This document shows, in pieces, positions 38,339 to 52,511 of a stretch of 64,000 bases of DNA (positions are counted from its first letter, which is position 1; the number at the start of each line of letters is the position of its first letter). The stretch comes from Candidatus Eiseniibacteriota bacterium. GTDB taxonomy: Bacteria > Eisenbacteria > RBG-16-71-46 > JABDJR01. The translations under genes were made by a program, and so were the position numbers. Location: positions 736,001-800,000 of the forward strand of contig CAWANH010000028.1 of the NCBI GenBank assembly GCA_963783375.1, written 5' to 3'. The notes under the pieces were generated by a model. The model was not told the DNA's origin, did no database searches, and saw only the letters and a list, made by a program, of their open reading frames with translations.

Positions 38339-39052
38339 TCAGGCCTCGACGTCTCCGGGGGCCTGGACTCCCGGGGCGGCGCCGGAACGTCGCGCGGGGA
38401 TGAGGACCACGCGCTTGTTCACCCCGGATCCCGCGGCGTGGGTCTCCACCCCGGTAATCTCGGCCAGGGCGCGGTGCACCACGCGCCGCTCGGCCGGGGT
38501 CAGGGGCTCGGTCATGGCCCGGCGCCGGGTGCGCTCCACCCGCTCGGCCAGGTTTCGGGCCAGCTGGCGGAGCTGGTCCTCCCTCCGGCCGCGGTAGCCG
38601 GCCACGTCCACCCGCACCTCGCCGCCGTGCCCGTTCAACTGCCGCGAGGCCATGCGCACGATAACGTGCTGGAGGGCGGCGAGGGTTTCCCCCTTCCGCC
38701 CGATCAGAAGCCCGTCGGTCTCGCCGCTCTGGATGTCCAGGGTCACCGCGCCGCCGTCCTCGCTGTACGCGACCTCGGCGGCGATGCCCATCAGCTCCAG
38801 GAGCTTCTCGGTGATCCGCCGGGCGGTGGGCCCGACCCGGTCCTTGATCGCAACCCGCACCCGGGAGGGGCGGGAGCCGATCCCCAGGAACCCCCGGGCC
38901 CCGGCGTCCAGCACCGAGACCTCGGCGTCTTCGGCGGCCAGGCCGAGCCGGGCGAGGCCGGCCGCCGTCGCCTCCTCCACCGTGCTTCCCTCGACTTCGA
39001 TGACGCCCTCGTCCGCGGGGGGCGGGGTGAATTCGTTCGTGCTCTCGGTCAT
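38339..39052 (-). CDS. jag: RNA-binding protein Jag/KhpB/EloR
   Basis: Jag N-domain, KH GLLIGRKGETL, R3H ERRVVH. Confidence 0.93.
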   Translation of the reverse strand: MTESTNEFTPPPADEGVIEVEGSTVEEATAAGLARLGLAAEDAEVSVLDAGARGFLGIGSRPSRVRVAIKDRVGPTARRITEKLLELMGIAAEVAYSEDGGAVTLDIQSGETDGLLIGRKGETLAALQHVIVRMASRQLNGHGGEVRVDVAGYRGRREDQLRQLARNLAERVERTRRRAMTEPLTPAERRVVHRALAEITGVETHAAGSGVNKRVVLIPARRSGAAPGVQAPGDVEA

Positions 39053-40725
39053 GCGGTGCTGACCGCCGGAGCCGGCATCGGCTCTTCACGGTGAATCATC
39101 CACTGCTGGGCCACGGTCAGGATGTTGTTCACCGTCCAGTAGAGGTTCAGACCTGCGGGGAACGAATAGAAGATGAACAACATGACCAGGGGCATCATGT
39201 AGCCGATCATCTTCTGGCGCGGGTCGCCGGCGGTGGGGGTCAGCATCTGCTGGGCCACCGTGGTCAGGAAGAGAAGGAAGGGCAGGACGTGGATCGCGAA
39301 CCCGCCCACGGTGGCGATGGTGTCCGGGGAGGACAGGTCGTTCATCCACAGGACGAAGTCCGCTCCCCGCATGGCGATGCTGTTGGCCAGCACCGCGTAG
39401 AGGGCCACGAACACCGGCATCTGCACGACGATGGGCAGGCACCCCCCCATGGGGTTCACCTTGTGCTTCTTGTAGAGCGCCATCGTCTCCTTCTGCTGGC
39501 GCTGGGCGTCGTTCTTGTACTTTTCCTTGATCGCCTGCATCTCCGGCTGGACCCGCTGCATGGCCCGCATGCTCTTCACGCTGGATTTGGTGAGCGGGTA
39601 GAAGATGAGCTTGGTGGCGGCGGAGATGATGATGATGACCACCCCGTAATTGGGGATGAAGCCGTACATCCACACCATGACCGCCAGCAGGAGCTTGGAG
39701 ATCGGCCGGAAGATCTTCCAGCCCAGGTCCACCGCCTGCTCGAGGCCGTGGTCGAGGTTCTTGAGGCTGGCGTAGTCCATCGGACCCAGGTACACGTGGT
39801 ACTGGTGGTCGGCGGCCCCGTGGAGCATGGGCATCACCATCTCGGCGCCGGTGACGTTCCTGGCCGCGTCCCCGGTGGCCACCACGCGGCTGGAGATCCC
39901 CTCGGGGGGGATCATCACCGCCATGAAGTACTTGTTCCGGACTCCCGCCCAGATGACGCTCCCCTGCAACTCCTTCTCGTGGGTCTTCTTGAAGCTCCCG
40001 GGACGCACCGACTCCTTCTCCTTCCCGAGAAGGACGATGGTGCCGGCGGCGGTGTGGTACTGCTTTTCGTTGGACTCGGCGCGGGGGATCCCGTCCCGCC
40101 AGGTCAACCGGTAACCCACCGCTTCGGGCACCCCGGCGATGGAAACGTCCAGGTCCACCATGTACCCGCGGGCGGGGAAGGTGTACGTCTTGGTGATGCG
40201 CGCCCCTCCGTCGGGTCCGGCCTCGAAGACCAGCCGCCGGCCGCCGTCGGTCAGGGTTTCCTCCCGGGTCGAAAAGAGGGTTTCCGAGAGGCGCTTCACC
40301 CCGGTCTCGGTCTCGAGCACGAGGCCGAGTTCACCCGTTCCGGGCGGGACGAGGTCCACCGGGCCCCCGGTCAGGCCGGTGTACCTCAGGAGCTTCCAGG
40401 AGACGAGCTGACCCCCCCGGTTGGAGAAGACCGCGTCGTAATCCTCCGTCTTCACCTCGAAGGTCTGTTCCGAGGACGCACGGTCCAGCCCGGTCTCGAG
40501 TCCGGCGGAGGGGGTCGCGGTCCCGGTGGATTCACCGGGTGCGGCGGTAACCGCGGCGGCGCTCTCCACCGCGGTGGTGCCCGCGGCGGTGGCCAGGGAC
40601 TCGGCCGTCGAGGCCCCGTTGGGGCCCTTCGTCCCCGGGGGTGGCGGCTTGGGCGCGAACCACATCTGGAAGACGATGAGCACGATGGCCGAGAGCACCA
40701 CCGCCATGAGGAATCGTCGATCCAT
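39049..40725 (-). CDS. yidC: Membrane protein insertase YidC
   Basis: Periplasmic domain, NPMGGCLP, DLSSPD, GLNLYW. Confidence 0.96.
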   Translation of the reverse strand: MDRRFLMAVVLSAIVLIVFQMWFAPKPPPPGTKGPNGASTAESLATAAGTTAVESAAAVTAAPGESTGTATPSAGLETGLDRASSEQTFEVKTEDYDAVFSNRGGQLVSWKLLRYTGLTGGPVDLVPPGTGELGLVLETETGVKRLSETLFSTREETLTDGGRRLVFEAGPDGGARITKTYTFPARGYMVDLDVSIAGVPEAVGYRLTWRDGIPRAESNEKQYHTAAGTIVLLGKEKESVRPGSFKKTHEKELQGSVIWAGVRNKYFMAVMIPPEGISSRVVATGDAARNVTGAEMVMPMLHGAADHQYHVYLGPMDYASLKNLDHGLEQAVDLGWKIFRPISKLLLAVMVWMYGFIPNYGVVIIIISAATKLIFYPLTKSSVKSMRAMQRVQPEMQAIKEKYKNDAQRQQKETMALYKKHKVNPMGGCLPIVVQMPVFVALYAVLANSIAMRGADFVLWMNDLSSPDTIATVGGFAIHVLPFLLFLTTVAQQMLTPTAGDPRQKMIGYMMPLVMLFIFYSFPAGLNLYWTVNNILTVAQQWMIHREEPMPAPAVSTA

Positions 40726-40757
40726 GAAACTCCTTCTTGGAGTCCGGCCCAGCGGGC

Positions 40758-41015
40758 CTACTCCACCGGGTCGTAACCCCCCGGATGAAATGGGTGACAC
40801 CGGAGCACTCGTTTCACGGCCATCCAGGACCCCCGGGCCGCTCCGTAGCGGAGGATCGCCTCCCGCGCGTAGTGCGAGCAGGTGGGGGTATAGCGGCAGG
40901 AGGGGGGGAGAACCGGCGACAACACGATCTGGTACAGGCGGATGACCCCGGCCAGGAACCGGCGGGGCCAGTCCAGGGGTGCGTGGTGGATATGCGTGCG
41001 GGTCTGGGTGTTCAC
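40758..41015 (-). CDS. yidD: Membrane protein insertion efficiency factor YidD
   Basis: [23 protein letters not shown]. Confidence 0.95.
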   Translation of the reverse strand: MNTQTRTHIHHAPLDWPRRFLAGVIRLYQIVLSPVLPPSCRYTPTCSHYAREAILRYGAARGSWMAVKRVLRCHPFHPGGYDPVE

Positions 41016-41016
41016 G

Positions 41017-41439
41017 TCAGCGATTCTCGCCCGGGGGCAACGCGGGGGCAACCGAGGACTCGCCGGCGAGGCCGACGCGCTCCAGGAGTCCGGCCAGCTC
41101 GCGATCCACGTCCTCGAACCGCGCCTCGCCGCATCCTCTCCGGGCCACCAGAACCAGCTCGTAGCCCCGGGCGTGAAGTCCGGCCTTCCTCAGCCGGAAC
41201 GCTTCGCGAAGAAGGCGTTTGGCGCGGTTTCGATGCACCGCGTTCCCCACCCGCCGACCGGCTACGAAGCCGGCGCGGAGCGGGGCGTCGGGCGCGCGCA
41301 GAACGAAGAGAACGATGTACCGGCCCGGATAGCTCTTTCCTTCGCGATAGACGCGCTGGAATTCCGGGTTGCGGCGGAGCCGGTCTCCGGGGCGGAGACG
41401 GCGGTCCGGGGATCCCCCCGCGACCCCATTTGGGGTCAC
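41017..41439 (-). CDS. rnpA: Ribonuclease P protein component
   Basis: [18 protein letters not shown] motif. Confidence 0.94.
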   Translation of the reverse strand: MTPNGVAGGSPDRRLRPGDRLRRNPEFQRVYREGKSYPGRYIVLFVLRAPDAPLRAGFVAGRRVGNAVHRNRAKRLLREAFRLRKAGLHARGYELVLVARRGCGEARFEDVDRELAGLLERVGLAGESSVAPALPPGENR

Positions 41440-41573
41440 TACGGAGCCAGCCGGGCCCTGCCCTTGGCGCGACGGCGCTTCAAGATCAGACGTCCGGACT
41501 TGGACTTCATGCGCGCGCGGAAACCGTGTTTCTTCTTGCGCCGACGATTGTGTGGTTGGAAGGTTCGCTTCAC
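41439..41573 (-). CDS. rpmH: 50S ribosomal protein L34 (absent from the ORF track)
   Basis: Hand translation [44 protein letters not shown]; its TAG overlaps the rnpA GTG by 1 nt. Confidence 0.96.
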   Translation of the reverse strand: MKRTFQPHNRRRKKKHGFRARMKSKSGRLILKRRRAKGRARLAP

Positions 41574-41826
41574 CCTGATCCCCTTTGATCGAGAGCTAGA
41601 TGGAACGGTCCCGGGGAGGACCGCCTACGGCAGGCAATGCCGAGAACGCAACAGGACCGAACAGGGTAGGCGCTCCCCCGGACCGAGTCAAGAGCTTCAC
41701 GGGGGCCGGGGTACAGGTCGAAAAATCTCGCTATTCATTGGCAGGAAACAGCCTGGGCGAAGCGGTTCTCCCCAGGCGGCGAGCCCCACGGACCCTCGAA
41801 TGAGATTGAAGGTGAAAACATGACTA

Positions 41827-41851
41827 TAACTCATTATTATATAAAGAGTTA
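41827..41851. promoter_or_regulatory. 25-bp symmetric IHF-like site
   Basis: TAACTCATTATTATATAAAGAGTTA, best copy of the motif. Confidence 0.6.
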
Positions 41852-42017
41852 TGTCGTTTCTTCGGGGTCCGGAATTAGTGTTGTGGGGCACATGCCCCTG
41901 TGGTACTCTGCCGAAACGCTCGAATCCGGGCCTTGACCGTGGCTCTTGGCTTTCAAGGTGCTGTGGCACATGGTGTTACGGAGGAGCCGTCGTACTCCCC
42001 ACCCTGGTCTTCCTGCC

Positions 42018-42211
42018 TGTGGATAACTCAGTGCGGAAAGCGCCTCGATCTGGACCACAAACCTAGAAAAGACAACTAGTTGGGTGCTTTTCCACAGGCG
42101 TGGAAAGACATCCGGGAATGGTCGCTCCCCTGGGCGAACCAAACCCCTCTGAATCGCCGAACAGCCTTCCCCGTCCCGGCACTCTCGGCTCATGCCCGGG
42201 GCTGTGGATAA
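42018..42211. promoter_or_regulatory. DnaA boxes upstream of dnaA
   Basis: TGTGGATAA at 42018-26 and 42203-11 (perfect); TTTTCCACA at 42088-96. Confidence 0.85.
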
Positions 42212-42230
42212 CTCTGAAGGAGTCCCACCG

Positions 42231-43589
42231 ATGGCAACCGACCCACTCCCCCCCCAATGGAGGCATTTTCTACACGAAGTTCGCAGCAGAGTCCACGACC
42301 AGGCGTTCGAGACCTGGTTCAGCAACATCCGGTTCCACAGCCTGGAGGATGACACTCTCACCATCGGAGTGGCGAGCCAGTTCGTCGCGGACTGGCTGTC
42401 GGAGAACTTCATGGATGTTCTCCAGAAGGCCATGATCAAGGTGTACGGAGAGGGTTTGAGCCTCGCCTTCAAGGTGGATCCGGATCTGGAGGCTCACTCC
42501 CGCGAGCGGGAGATGCCCGCTCCCACCCAGAGCCGCCCGGCCCGGGTCTATCGCGACCACCAGGCTCAGATCGATCCCAAGTACACCTTTCAGAATTTCG
42601 TGGTCGGCAAGAGCAACCAGCTGGCCCACGCCGCCAGCAAGGCGGTGGCGGAAAACCCCGCCACGTCCTACAACCCCCTCTTCCTCTACGGAGGGGTGGG
42701 CATGGGAAAAACCCATCTGATGCAGGCGATCGGCAACGCGGTTCTCATCCACTCCCCCGATGCCCGGGTCGCCTACGTCTCGACCGAGAAGTTCATGAAC
42801 GAGATGATCTGGTCCATCCAACACGCCAAGACCCTCGAGTTCAAGACGAAGTACCGCAACGTGGATCTGCTTCTCCTGGACGATATCCAGTTCCTCACCG
42901 GCAAGGAAAGCACTCAGGAGGAGTTCTTCCACACCTTCAACGCTCTCTACGAGGCCCGCAAGCAGATCGTGCTCACGAGCGACCGTCCCCCAAAGGAGAT
43001 CCGGATGCTGGAGGAACGGCTGGTCAGCCGGTTCCACTGGGGGCTGGTGGCGGACATCCAGCCACCGGACCTCGAAACGCGGGTGGCCATCATCCGCAAG
43101 AAGGCGGAGATCGAAAACGTTCATCTGCCCGAGGACGTCGCTCTCCTGATCGCCGAAAACGTCCGTTCCAACATCCGGGAACTGGAAGGCTCGCTGGTGC
43201 GACTGGTCGCCTTCGCCACCCTGATGAAGAGCCAGATCAACGTGGACCTCGCCAACCAGGTCCTTCACGACTTCATGCGTCGGGAGAAGCAGAAGCGCCC
43301 CGAGGCCCCGGCGATCGTCAAGGCCACCGCCCAGCGCTTCAACGTCACGGTGGAGGCCTTGAAGGGAAAGCGGAGAACCAACGTCATCGTGGTGCCGAGG
43401 CAAACCGCCATGTACCTCTGCCGGACCCTGACCGAGATGCCGTTGACCGAGATCGGGAAGGTGCTCGGCGGTCGCGACCACACCACCGTGCTCTACGCCT
43501 GCGAACGAGTGAGGGAGATGATGGAACTCGACCCCGAGTACCAGCACACCGTCGAGGAGCTGACCGAACGGCTGCGGAAAGAGCCTTGA
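42231..43589 (+). CDS. dnaA: Chromosomal replication initiator DnaA
   Basis: [41 protein letters not shown]. Confidence 0.98.
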   Translation: MATDPLPPQWRHFLHEVRSRVHDQAFETWFSNIRFHSLEDDTLTIGVASQFVADWLSENFMDVLQKAMIKVYGEGLSLAFKVDPDLEAHSREREMPAPTQSRPARVYRDHQAQIDPKYTFQNFVVGKSNQLAHAASKAVAENPATSYNPLFLYGGVGMGKTHLMQAIGNAVLIHSPDARVAYVSTEKFMNEMIWSIQHAKTLEFKTKYRNVDLLLLDDIQFLTGKESTQEEFFHTFNALYEARKQIVLTSDRPPKEIRMLEERLVSRFHWGLVADIQPPDLETRVAIIRKKAEIENVHLPEDVALLIAENVRSNIRELEGSLVRLVAFATLMKSQINVDLANQVLHDFMRREKQKRPEAPAIVKATAQRFNVTVEALKGKRRTNVIVVPRQTAMYLCRTLTEMPLTEIGKVLGGRDHTTVLYACERVREMMELDPEYQHTVEELTERLRKEP

Positions 43590-44025
43590 TAAGTGGGGGT
43601 CCGGACGTGGAGAACTTCGGGGGAGAACTTCGGATCCCGCCGGAGTGGGGAAGACCGGGGAACACTGGGGATAAGCCGGCTCCTCCGCCTGACTCGACAT
43701 TCCTTGTCGGGCATAGGGTTACGGAGGAGGGTCGGAGTTGTCCACGGTTTCCCGGCCCCTACTACTACTACTACCTTAAATACCTATAAGAAGTAGGGAC
43801 CCGGAAACCGAGGGCCGGAGGCCGACTCAGGGAACGCCGGCCGGGAGGCACAGCGCCAGCTCCTGGCGTGTAACTTTCTGGATCTTAATGACTTAGGACT
43901 TGGGATGGCCCTTGTGGAAGGGGGGAAGCAGCGACTATAATCGCTTGTTCGGACCGGTGGGCCAGGACTGCCCCGTCCCCGTGGACCGCGGATTGCTTTT
44001 CATGGCTGTGTGAAGGGGAAACAGG
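43590..44025. other. oriC with DnaA boxes and DnaA-trio unwinding element
   Basis: Degenerate boxes at 43606, 43646, 43656, 43666 (TGGGGATAA) and 43738 (TTGTCCACG), GC spacer, (TAC)5 at 43760-74, then an AT-rich tract. Confidence 0.88.
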
Positions 44026-45138
44026 ATGAAGTTCTCCATTTCAAAGGGCGCTCTTCAGGAGCTCCTGCAGGTGGTGGTCAGCGCCGTTCCGGCGAAGAGC
44101 ACTCTTCCGATTCTATCGAACATACTCGTCGAGGCCGACAAGGAAGGCCTGACCCTGGTGGCCACCGATCTGGACATTTCGATCCGGACCCGGGGAGAGG
44201 CTGAAGTCACCGAACCCGGCTCGATCACCATCCCCGCCAAGCGGGTGGGTGAGATCGTGAGGGAGCTTCCCGACGCCGATATCAAGGTCGTGGTCAAGGA
44301 CGCCAAGGTGAAGCTCACCTGCGGAAACGGTTCCTTCACCATCGTCGGCCTGGACCCGGAGGACTTTCCCCAACTCCCCCAGGTCGATGCCGACAAGATG
44401 GTGACTCTTCCCACCGGGGTCCTCGAGAAGGCGGTGCGTCGTTCCACCTATGCGGTAAGCAACGATGAGACCCGCCAGATGCTCACCGGGGCGCTTCTCC
44501 AGTTCAAGGAGGGGGAGTTGCGCATGGTGGGCACCGACGGCCACCGCCTGGCCAAGTCGGCCTTCAAGGGAGACTACAAGGGTCTCGAGGGCCGGGATCT
44601 GATCATCCCTCCCAAGGCTCTCTCGCAGGTGGTCAGGCTCGCATCGGGCACCGAGACCGTGAAGCTCAACGTCAGCAAGAACTTTGCCGTCTTCGAGGTG
44701 GGCCCGACGACCGTGTATTCCCGACTGATCGACGGTAATTTTCCCAACTACGAACAGGTTATTCCCAAGGACAATCCGAAGGAGTTCCAGGTTCGCAGGG
44801 ATGAATTGATCGCCGCCCTGCGCCGGGTGGTCGTGCTCTCCGACAGCGTGACGCGCCAGATCAAGCTTTCGGTCAAACCCGAGCGGGTCGAGTTGAGCGT
44901 GAACACGGCGGACGTCGGGGAAGGACAGGAGTCCATCGGCACCAACTACTCCGGGGACGAACTCTCGGTCGGCTACAATGCGGCCTATCTCCTGGAAGCG
45001 TTGCGGACCATGGACTCGGAAGAGGTAACCGTCCAGTTGAACACACCGACCAGCCCCGGCATCTTCGTCCCCGCCGTGCAGGAATCCAACGAGGACATCC
45101 TATGTCTCGTGATGCCGCTCCGGCTCCCGGAGGCATGA
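44026..45138 (+). CDS. dnaN: DNA polymerase III beta clamp
   Basis: PILSNIL, ATDLD, GTDGHRL, SRLIDGNFPNYEQVIP, LVMPLR. Confidence 0.97.
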   Translation: MKFSISKGALQELLQVVVSAVPAKSTLPILSNILVEADKEGLTLVATDLDISIRTRGEAEVTEPGSITIPAKRVGEIVRELPDADIKVVVKDAKVKLTCGNGSFTIVGLDPEDFPQLPQVDADKMVTLPTGVLEKAVRRSTYAVSNDETRQMLTGALLQFKEGELRMVGTDGHRLAKSAFKGDYKGLEGRDLIIPPKALSQVVRLASGTETVKLNVSKNFAVFEVGPTTVYSRLIDGNFPNYEQVIPKDNPKEFQVRRDELIAALRRVVVLSDSVTRQIKLSVKPERVELSVNTADVGEGQESIGTNYSGDELSVGYNAAYLLEALRTMDSEEVTVQLNTPTSPGIFVPAVQESNEDILCLVMPLRLPEA

Positions 45139-45202
45139 AGCGAAGCCGACCGGCGGGAGAGGCATTTCCAACCCCGCTCCACGGTAATAGCAGAAGGACA
45201 CA

Positions 45203-47451
<2,249 letters not shown>

Positions 47452-47512
47452 CCGTTCGCGGGCCGGGGTCTTGGAGATGCGGACACCGGGACCCGGTTCC
47501 CACCGGAGTCCG

Positions 47513-48505
47513 ATGATGGCGATCGACGTTTCCCACCCCGCCGACGGGAAGGTCTCCGGTCCGGCTATCCGGATCGGAGTCTCCCAGTGCCTCCTCGGGG
47601 AGGAGGTGCGCTATGACGGCGGTCACAAGCGGGACTCCTTTCTGACCGAGGGCCTGTCGGCCTACGTGGAGTTCGTGCCGGTGTGCCCGGAAGTGGAGTC
47701 GGGAATGGGAGTCCCGCGCGAAGCGGTGCGCCTGGAGGGCTCCGTGGACGCTCCCCGCATGGTGGGAAGGCGGTCGGGGACCGATCACACCGAGGCCATG
47801 ACCGCGTTCGCCGCGCGACGAGCGGCGGCCCTGGACGACGCGGATCTCTGTGGATACGTGTTGAAGAAGGGGTCGCCGAGCTGCGGCATGGAGCGGGTCA
47901 AGGTGTACGCGGGATCGGGAATGCCGGCGAAGCAGGGCGTGGGACTCTTCGCCCGGGCCCTCATGGATCGCTTTCCCCTCCTTCCGGTGGAAGAGGAGGG
48001 ACGGCTCCACGATCCGATCCTTCGCGAGAACTTCATCGAGCGGGTTTTCGCCTACCGCCGGTGGAAGGACCTCCTGGGCGGGCGCTACACCGTCGGCCGG
48101 CTGGTGGCCTTCCACACCGCCCACAAGTTCCTCATCCTCGCCCATAGTCCCGCCGACTACACGGTGATGGGCCGGATCGTGGCCGATGCCAGGCGCCTGG
48201 GAGCGGCCGCGGCCAAGACGCGCTACGGCCGCGCGTTCATGGAGGGGATGGCCCGGCGCACCACGGCACGGAAGCACACCAACGTGCTCCAGCACATGGC
48301 CGGATTCGTGAAGCGCGACCTGGATGCGGCCTCGCGGGCCGAACTGGCCCAGGTGATCGAGGACTACCGCCGGGGGCTGGTGCCCCTGGTGGTGCCGATC
48401 ACCCTTCTTCGCCACCATGCCCGGGCGGCGAATCAGGAGTATCTCCTCGGTCAGCTCTATCTCGATCCCCACCCCAAGGAGCTGATGCTCCGGAACCACG
48501 TCTAG
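47513..48505 (+). CDS. DUF523 (2-thiouracil desulfidase-like) plus DUF1722 protein
   Basis: SQCLLG..VRYDG, CPEV, SPSCG, EEEGRL, NVLQHMAG, ELMLRNHV. Confidence 0.9.
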   Translation: MMAIDVSHPADGKVSGPAIRIGVSQCLLGEEVRYDGGHKRDSFLTEGLSAYVEFVPVCPEVESGMGVPREAVRLEGSVDAPRMVGRRSGTDHTEAMTAFAARRAAALDDADLCGYVLKKGSPSCGMERVKVYAGSGMPAKQGVGLFARALMDRFPLLPVEEEGRLHDPILRENFIERVFAYRRWKDLLGGRYTVGRLVAFHTAHKFLILAHSPADYTVMGRIVADARRLGAAAAKTRYGRAFMEGMARRTTARKHTNVLQHMAGFVKRDLDAASRAELAQVIEDYRRGLVPLVVPITLLRHHARAANQEYLLGQLYLDPHPKELMLRNHV

Positions 48506-48576
48506 GGGATCCCGACCCGGTCCCGTGCCCGCAGAGGCGCAAGTCCGGTGGGGCGGGAGGCGCGCCGGAACGGAGC

Positions 48577-48915
48577 TTACCCGGTCTCCAGAAGCTCCTC
48601 GGCCTTGGCCGCCCAGACGAAATCGCTCTCGGTCAGCCCGTCGATCTTGTGGGTCCAGACCGAGAGCTTCACCTTCCCCCAGGCCAGGAAGATGTCACCG
48701 TGGTGCCCCTCCGCCTCGCACATCTCCCCCACCCGCTTCACGAATTCGAAGGCGTCGCGGAAGCTCCCGAACGCATACTCCTTTTCCAGGTGGTGATCGC
48801 CCACGAGTCGCCAGTCGTGGTCGAGCTCCGTAAGGAGTTTCCGGAGCGCGTCGCCGGCGAGCGGAGGCGCCCCGCCCCGGCAGGGGACGCAGGTCTTGGC
48901 GGACAGTCCGGCCAT
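48577..48915 (-). CDS. Pterin-4-alpha-carbinolamine dehydratase
   Basis: CVPCRGG, EGHH, WTHKIDGLTESDF. Confidence 0.92.
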   Translation of the reverse strand: MAGLSAKTCVPCRGGAPPLAGDALRKLLTELDHDWRLVGDHHLEKEYAFGSFRDAFEFVKRVGEMCEAEGHHGDIFLAWGKVKLSVWTHKIDGLTESDFVWAAKAEELLETG

Positions 48916-49320
48916 GGCGGTGACCTCCTCGGATGCTTGGGTTGAGCCTTCCAGTATAGGGCACGACGGGCGGTCCTTCGCCGTGGCCCCGGCCGGCGCG
49001 CACCGGGCCCGGAGAAGGCGCGAACCGGCGGAGAGGGAGCCGGACCCGGGCCGCGAAGCCCCCCGGAAAGCCGGGGCGGAACGGCAGCGAAATCGGCCCT
49101 TTCCACCCCCACAAATCGATGGCCTGAAAGCATCTAACCCCTTATAATTCGGCGAAGTGTGGAGGATGGCATTGAAACCTCCGTTTTCGAGGGAACTCAA
49201 TCCGCGGGCCCGGACGGACACGCCGGGCCGAGTTGAACCGAAGCCCGTCGTCGCGACCCCACCGGGGCCGCCGCGCCCCGCCCGCGAGCTTCCTAAAATA
49301 TTGGCAGTTAAGGAGATAGC

Positions 49321-51840
49321 ATGGTAGAAGACGCCGGAAAGCGTGTGATCCCGGCCGCCATCGAGGACGAGATGCGCACCGCGTATCTCGACTACTCGAT
49401 GTCGGTCATCGTCAACCGGGCTCTTCCCGACGTGCGGGACGGCCTGAAGCCGGTCCAGCGGCGGATCCTGGTGGCGATGAACGATCTGAACCTGGCGCCG
49501 GACCGCCCCTATCGAAAGAGCGCCAAGATCACCGGTGACGTGAACGGGAACTACCATCCCCACGGCACCTCCGCGATCTACGACGCCATGGTCCGGCTGG
49601 CCCAGGAGTTTTCCCTCCGCTATCCCCTCGTGGACGGCCAGGGGAACTTCGGAAGCGTCGACGGCGACTCCGCCGCGGCGGAGCGGTACACCGAGGCGCG
49701 GCTCGCCGCGGCCGGCATGGAAATGCTCTCGGAGATCGAACGCGCCACCGTCGATTTCCGCCCCAACTATGAAAATGTCCGGGAAGAGCCGGTGGTGCTT
49801 CCCGGCCGCATGCCCAACCTGCTCCTGAACGGTGCCACCGGGATCGCGGTGGGGATGGCCACCAACGTGCCGCCCCACAATCTGAACGAGATATGCGACG
49901 CGGTGAGCGAGATCATCGACAACCCCGACGTGAGCGACGACGAGCTGCTTCAGATCGTCCCCGGCCCCGACTTCCCCACCGGCGGGATCATCATGGGTCG
50001 CGAGGGGATCCGGAACGCCTACACCACCGGCCGCGGCCTGATATCGGTGCGGGCGCGCGCCACCATCGATCTCATGGACAACGGCCGCGAGGTCATCATC
50101 GTCACCGAGATCCCCTACATGGTGAACAAGTCCGCGCTTCTGGAGAAGATCGCGGATCTGGTCCGCTCCGGGGCGATCAGCGGGGTCTCCGACCTACGGG
50201 ACGAGTCGGACCGGAACGGCATGCGCATCGTGATCGAGCTCAAGCGCGACGCGGCCAGCCAGGTCATCCTGAACCAGCTCTACAAGCACACGCATATGCA
50301 GCAGACCTTCGGGGCCAACCTGTTGGCCCTGGTCCGGGGCCGTCCCGAGACCATGACCCTGCGCCAGATGCTCCAGCACTTCGTCGACCACCGGCGCGAC
50401 GTGATCATCCGCCGCACCCGCTACGACCTGGAACAAGCCGAGAAGCGGGCCCACATTCTCGAGGGGCTCCGAATCGCCCTGGACAACATCGACGAGATCG
50501 TCAAGCTCATCCGGGCGAGCAAAGACACCGCCGAGGCCAAGGAAGGCCTCATCGCGCGGTTCTCCCTGTCCGAAGTGCAGGCCCAGGCCATCCTCGACAT
50601 GCGGCTGGCCCGCCTCACCGGGCTGGAGCGGGGCAAGATCGAGGCCGAGTACGCCGAGCTGCAGCGCATGATCGCCGAGTACAAGGCGATCCTGGGCAGC
50701 GAACGGCGGGTGCTGGAGCTCATCCAGGGCGAGATGATGGAGCTGAAGGCGAAGTACGGGGACGCCCGCCGGACCGAGATCCGGGCCGCGGAGGGTGAGT
50801 TCTCGGTGGAGGACCTGATCGCCGAGGAGGACATGGTCATTTCGATCAGCCACCTGGGTTACATCAAGCGCCTCCCGGTGAACACCTACCGCCGACAGCG
50901 CCGCGGCGGGCGCGGAGTGACCGGCCAGTCCACCCGCGAGGACGACTTCATCGAGCACCTGTTCATCGCCTCCACCCATGCCTACGTGCTGGTGTTCACC
51001 AACACCGGCCGCGTGTACTGGCTCAAGGTGCACGAGATTCCCCAGGCGGGGCGTACCGCCAAGGGGAAGGCCATCGTGAACCTGGTCATGCTGCGACCCG
51101 GGGAGCGGATCGCCTCGGTGGCCGCGGTCAAGGACTTCGACGCCAAGCACCACCTCTTCTTCGCCACCAAGCTGGGCCAGGTGAAGAAGACCGAGCTTCC
51201 CGCCTACGCCAACGTGCGCCGGGACGGGATCATCGCCATCGGTCTGGCCGAGGGCGACGAGATCATCGACGTCGCGATGACCGACGGATCGCGCGAGGTG
51301 GTGCTGGCCAAGCGCCAGGGCCGGTCCATCCGATTCAGCGAGGATCTGGTGCGACAGATGGGACGCACCGCCCGCGGCGTCCGGGGGGTGACCCTGGACG
51401 GCGCCGAGGACGCGGTGATCGGGATGATCGTTCTCCAGCGCGAGAGTTCGGAGATCCTGGCGGTGACCGAGAATGGTTACGGCAAACGCAGCCTGGTCGA
51501 TGATTACCGGATCACCGGACGAGGCGGCAAGGGGATCATCACCATCAAGCCGTCCAAGCGGAACGGGCCCCTGGTGGCCATCCGCGAGGTGAAGAGCGAG
51601 GACGAGCTCATGATCACCACCCGGAACGGCATCGTGATTCGTCTCCCCCTCAAGGACGTTTCGGTGCTGGGACGGAACACCCAGGGAGTGCGGCTCATCA
51701 ATCTCGAGGAGGGGGACACCGTGGCCGACGTGGCCCGCATCATGCCTGAGGAGGGGGACGGGGACAACGGCGTCACCGCGATCGAAGCGGACGGAGAGGC
51801 GCCGGGGGAGGAGACGGGCGGGGAAGAGAGCGGAGGGTGA
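49321..51840 (+). CDS. gyrA: DNA gyrase subunit A
   Basis: [21 protein letters not shown], GyrA-box QRRGGRG, C-terminal pinwheel repeats. Confidence 0.98.
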   Translation: MVEDAGKRVIPAAIEDEMRTAYLDYSMSVIVNRALPDVRDGLKPVQRRILVAMNDLNLAPDRPYRKSAKITGDVNGNYHPHGTSAIYDAMVRLAQEFSLRYPLVDGQGNFGSVDGDSAAAERYTEARLAAAGMEMLSEIERATVDFRPNYENVREEPVVLPGRMPNLLLNGATGIAVGMATNVPPHNLNEICDAVSEIIDNPDVSDDELLQIVPGPDFPTGGIIMGREGIRNAYTTGRGLISVRARATIDLMDNGREVIIVTEIPYMVNKSALLEKIADLVRSGAISGVSDLRDESDRNGMRIVIELKRDAASQVILNQLYKHTHMQQTFGANLLALVRGRPETMTLRQMLQHFVDHRRDVIIRRTRYDLEQAEKRAHILEGLRIALDNIDEIVKLIRASKDTAEAKEGLIARFSLSEVQAQAILDMRLARLTGLERGKIEAEYAELQRMIAEYKAILGSERRVLELIQGEMMELKAKYGDARRTEIRAAEGEFSVEDLIAEEDMVISISHLGYIKRLPVNTYRRQRRGGRGVTGQSTREDDFIEHLFIASTHAYVLVFTNTGRVYWLKVHEIPQAGRTAKGKAIVNLVMLRPGERIASVAAVKDFDAKHHLFFATKLGQVKKTELPAYANVRRDGIIAIGLAEGDEIIDVAMTDGSREVVLAKRQGRSIRFSEDLVRQMGRTARGVRGVTLDGAEDAVIGMIVLQRESSEILAVTENGYGKRSLVDDYRITGRGGKGIITIKPSKRNGPLVAIREVKSEDELMITTRNGIVIRLPLKDVSVLGRNTQGVRLINLEEGDTVADVARIMPEEGDGDNGVTAIEADGEAPGEETGGEESGG

Positions 51841-52475
51841 CGCCGGGTCGGCCCGCCGATGAGATCCGCATCTCCGACTCGACGGTCCGCCGGCTCTCCG
51901 GGTACTACCGGATCCTCGGAGAGCTCCGGGAGGCCGGGGAGACCACCGTGTCGTCGTTCGGCTTGGCCGGGCGAGCGGGAGTGACCCCGGCCCAGGTCCG
52001 CAAGGACCTCTCCTTCTTCGGCCACTTCGGAAAGCGCGGAACCGGGTACGGAGTGCTCCAGCTCCAGACCGAGATCCGCTCCATCCTCGGGCTCGACCGG
52101 AGGTGGAGAGTGTGCCTGGTGGGCGCCGGGAACCTCGCCCATGCCCTGGTCGCCTACAAGGAGTTCGCGCGCGAAGGGTTCGAGATCATGGCGGTGTTCG
52201 ACAACGATCCCGAGAAGATCGGGCAGGCCTGGAACGGTCTCCGGGTGGAGTCGGTGGAGAACTTCGGCCGTGATGCGGGTGAAAGGAAGATCGAGATCGG
52301 CATCATCACCACCCCGGCTTCGGCGGCCCAGGATACGGCCGATCTGATGGTGCGTTCGGGACTCCGCGGCATCTTGAATTTCGCCCCCCGCAAGCTTTTC
52401 GTGCCGGATCACGTGAACCTGCGAAACGTGAACCTGGCCATCGAGCTGGAGAGCCTCTCCTTCGCATTGAAGTGA
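51837..52475 (+). CDS. rex: Redox-sensing transcriptional repressor Rex
   Basis: TVRRL..Y, QVRKDLS, GTGY, VGAGNL, ILNFAP. Confidence 0.94.
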   Translation: MTPGRPADEIRISDSTVRRLSGYYRILGELREAGETTVSSFGLAGRAGVTPAQVRKDLSFFGHFGKRGTGYGVLQLQTEIRSILGLDRRWRVCLVGAGNLAHALVAYKEFAREGFEIMAVFDNDPEKIGQAWNGLRVESVENFGRDAGERKIEIGIITTPASAAQDTADLMVRSGLRGILNFAPRKLFVPDHVNLRNVNLAIELESLSFALK

Positions 52476-52511
52476 TCCCCGGCGGGGAGCCGGTAGAGGG
52501 GAGGAGCGGCG

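Noticed and set aside
48916-49878. Apparent 433-aa version of the pterin dehydratase ORF
   Set aside because: The extension is the antisense of gyrA plus intergenic DNA; the real start is ATG 48915 with a GGAGG RBS
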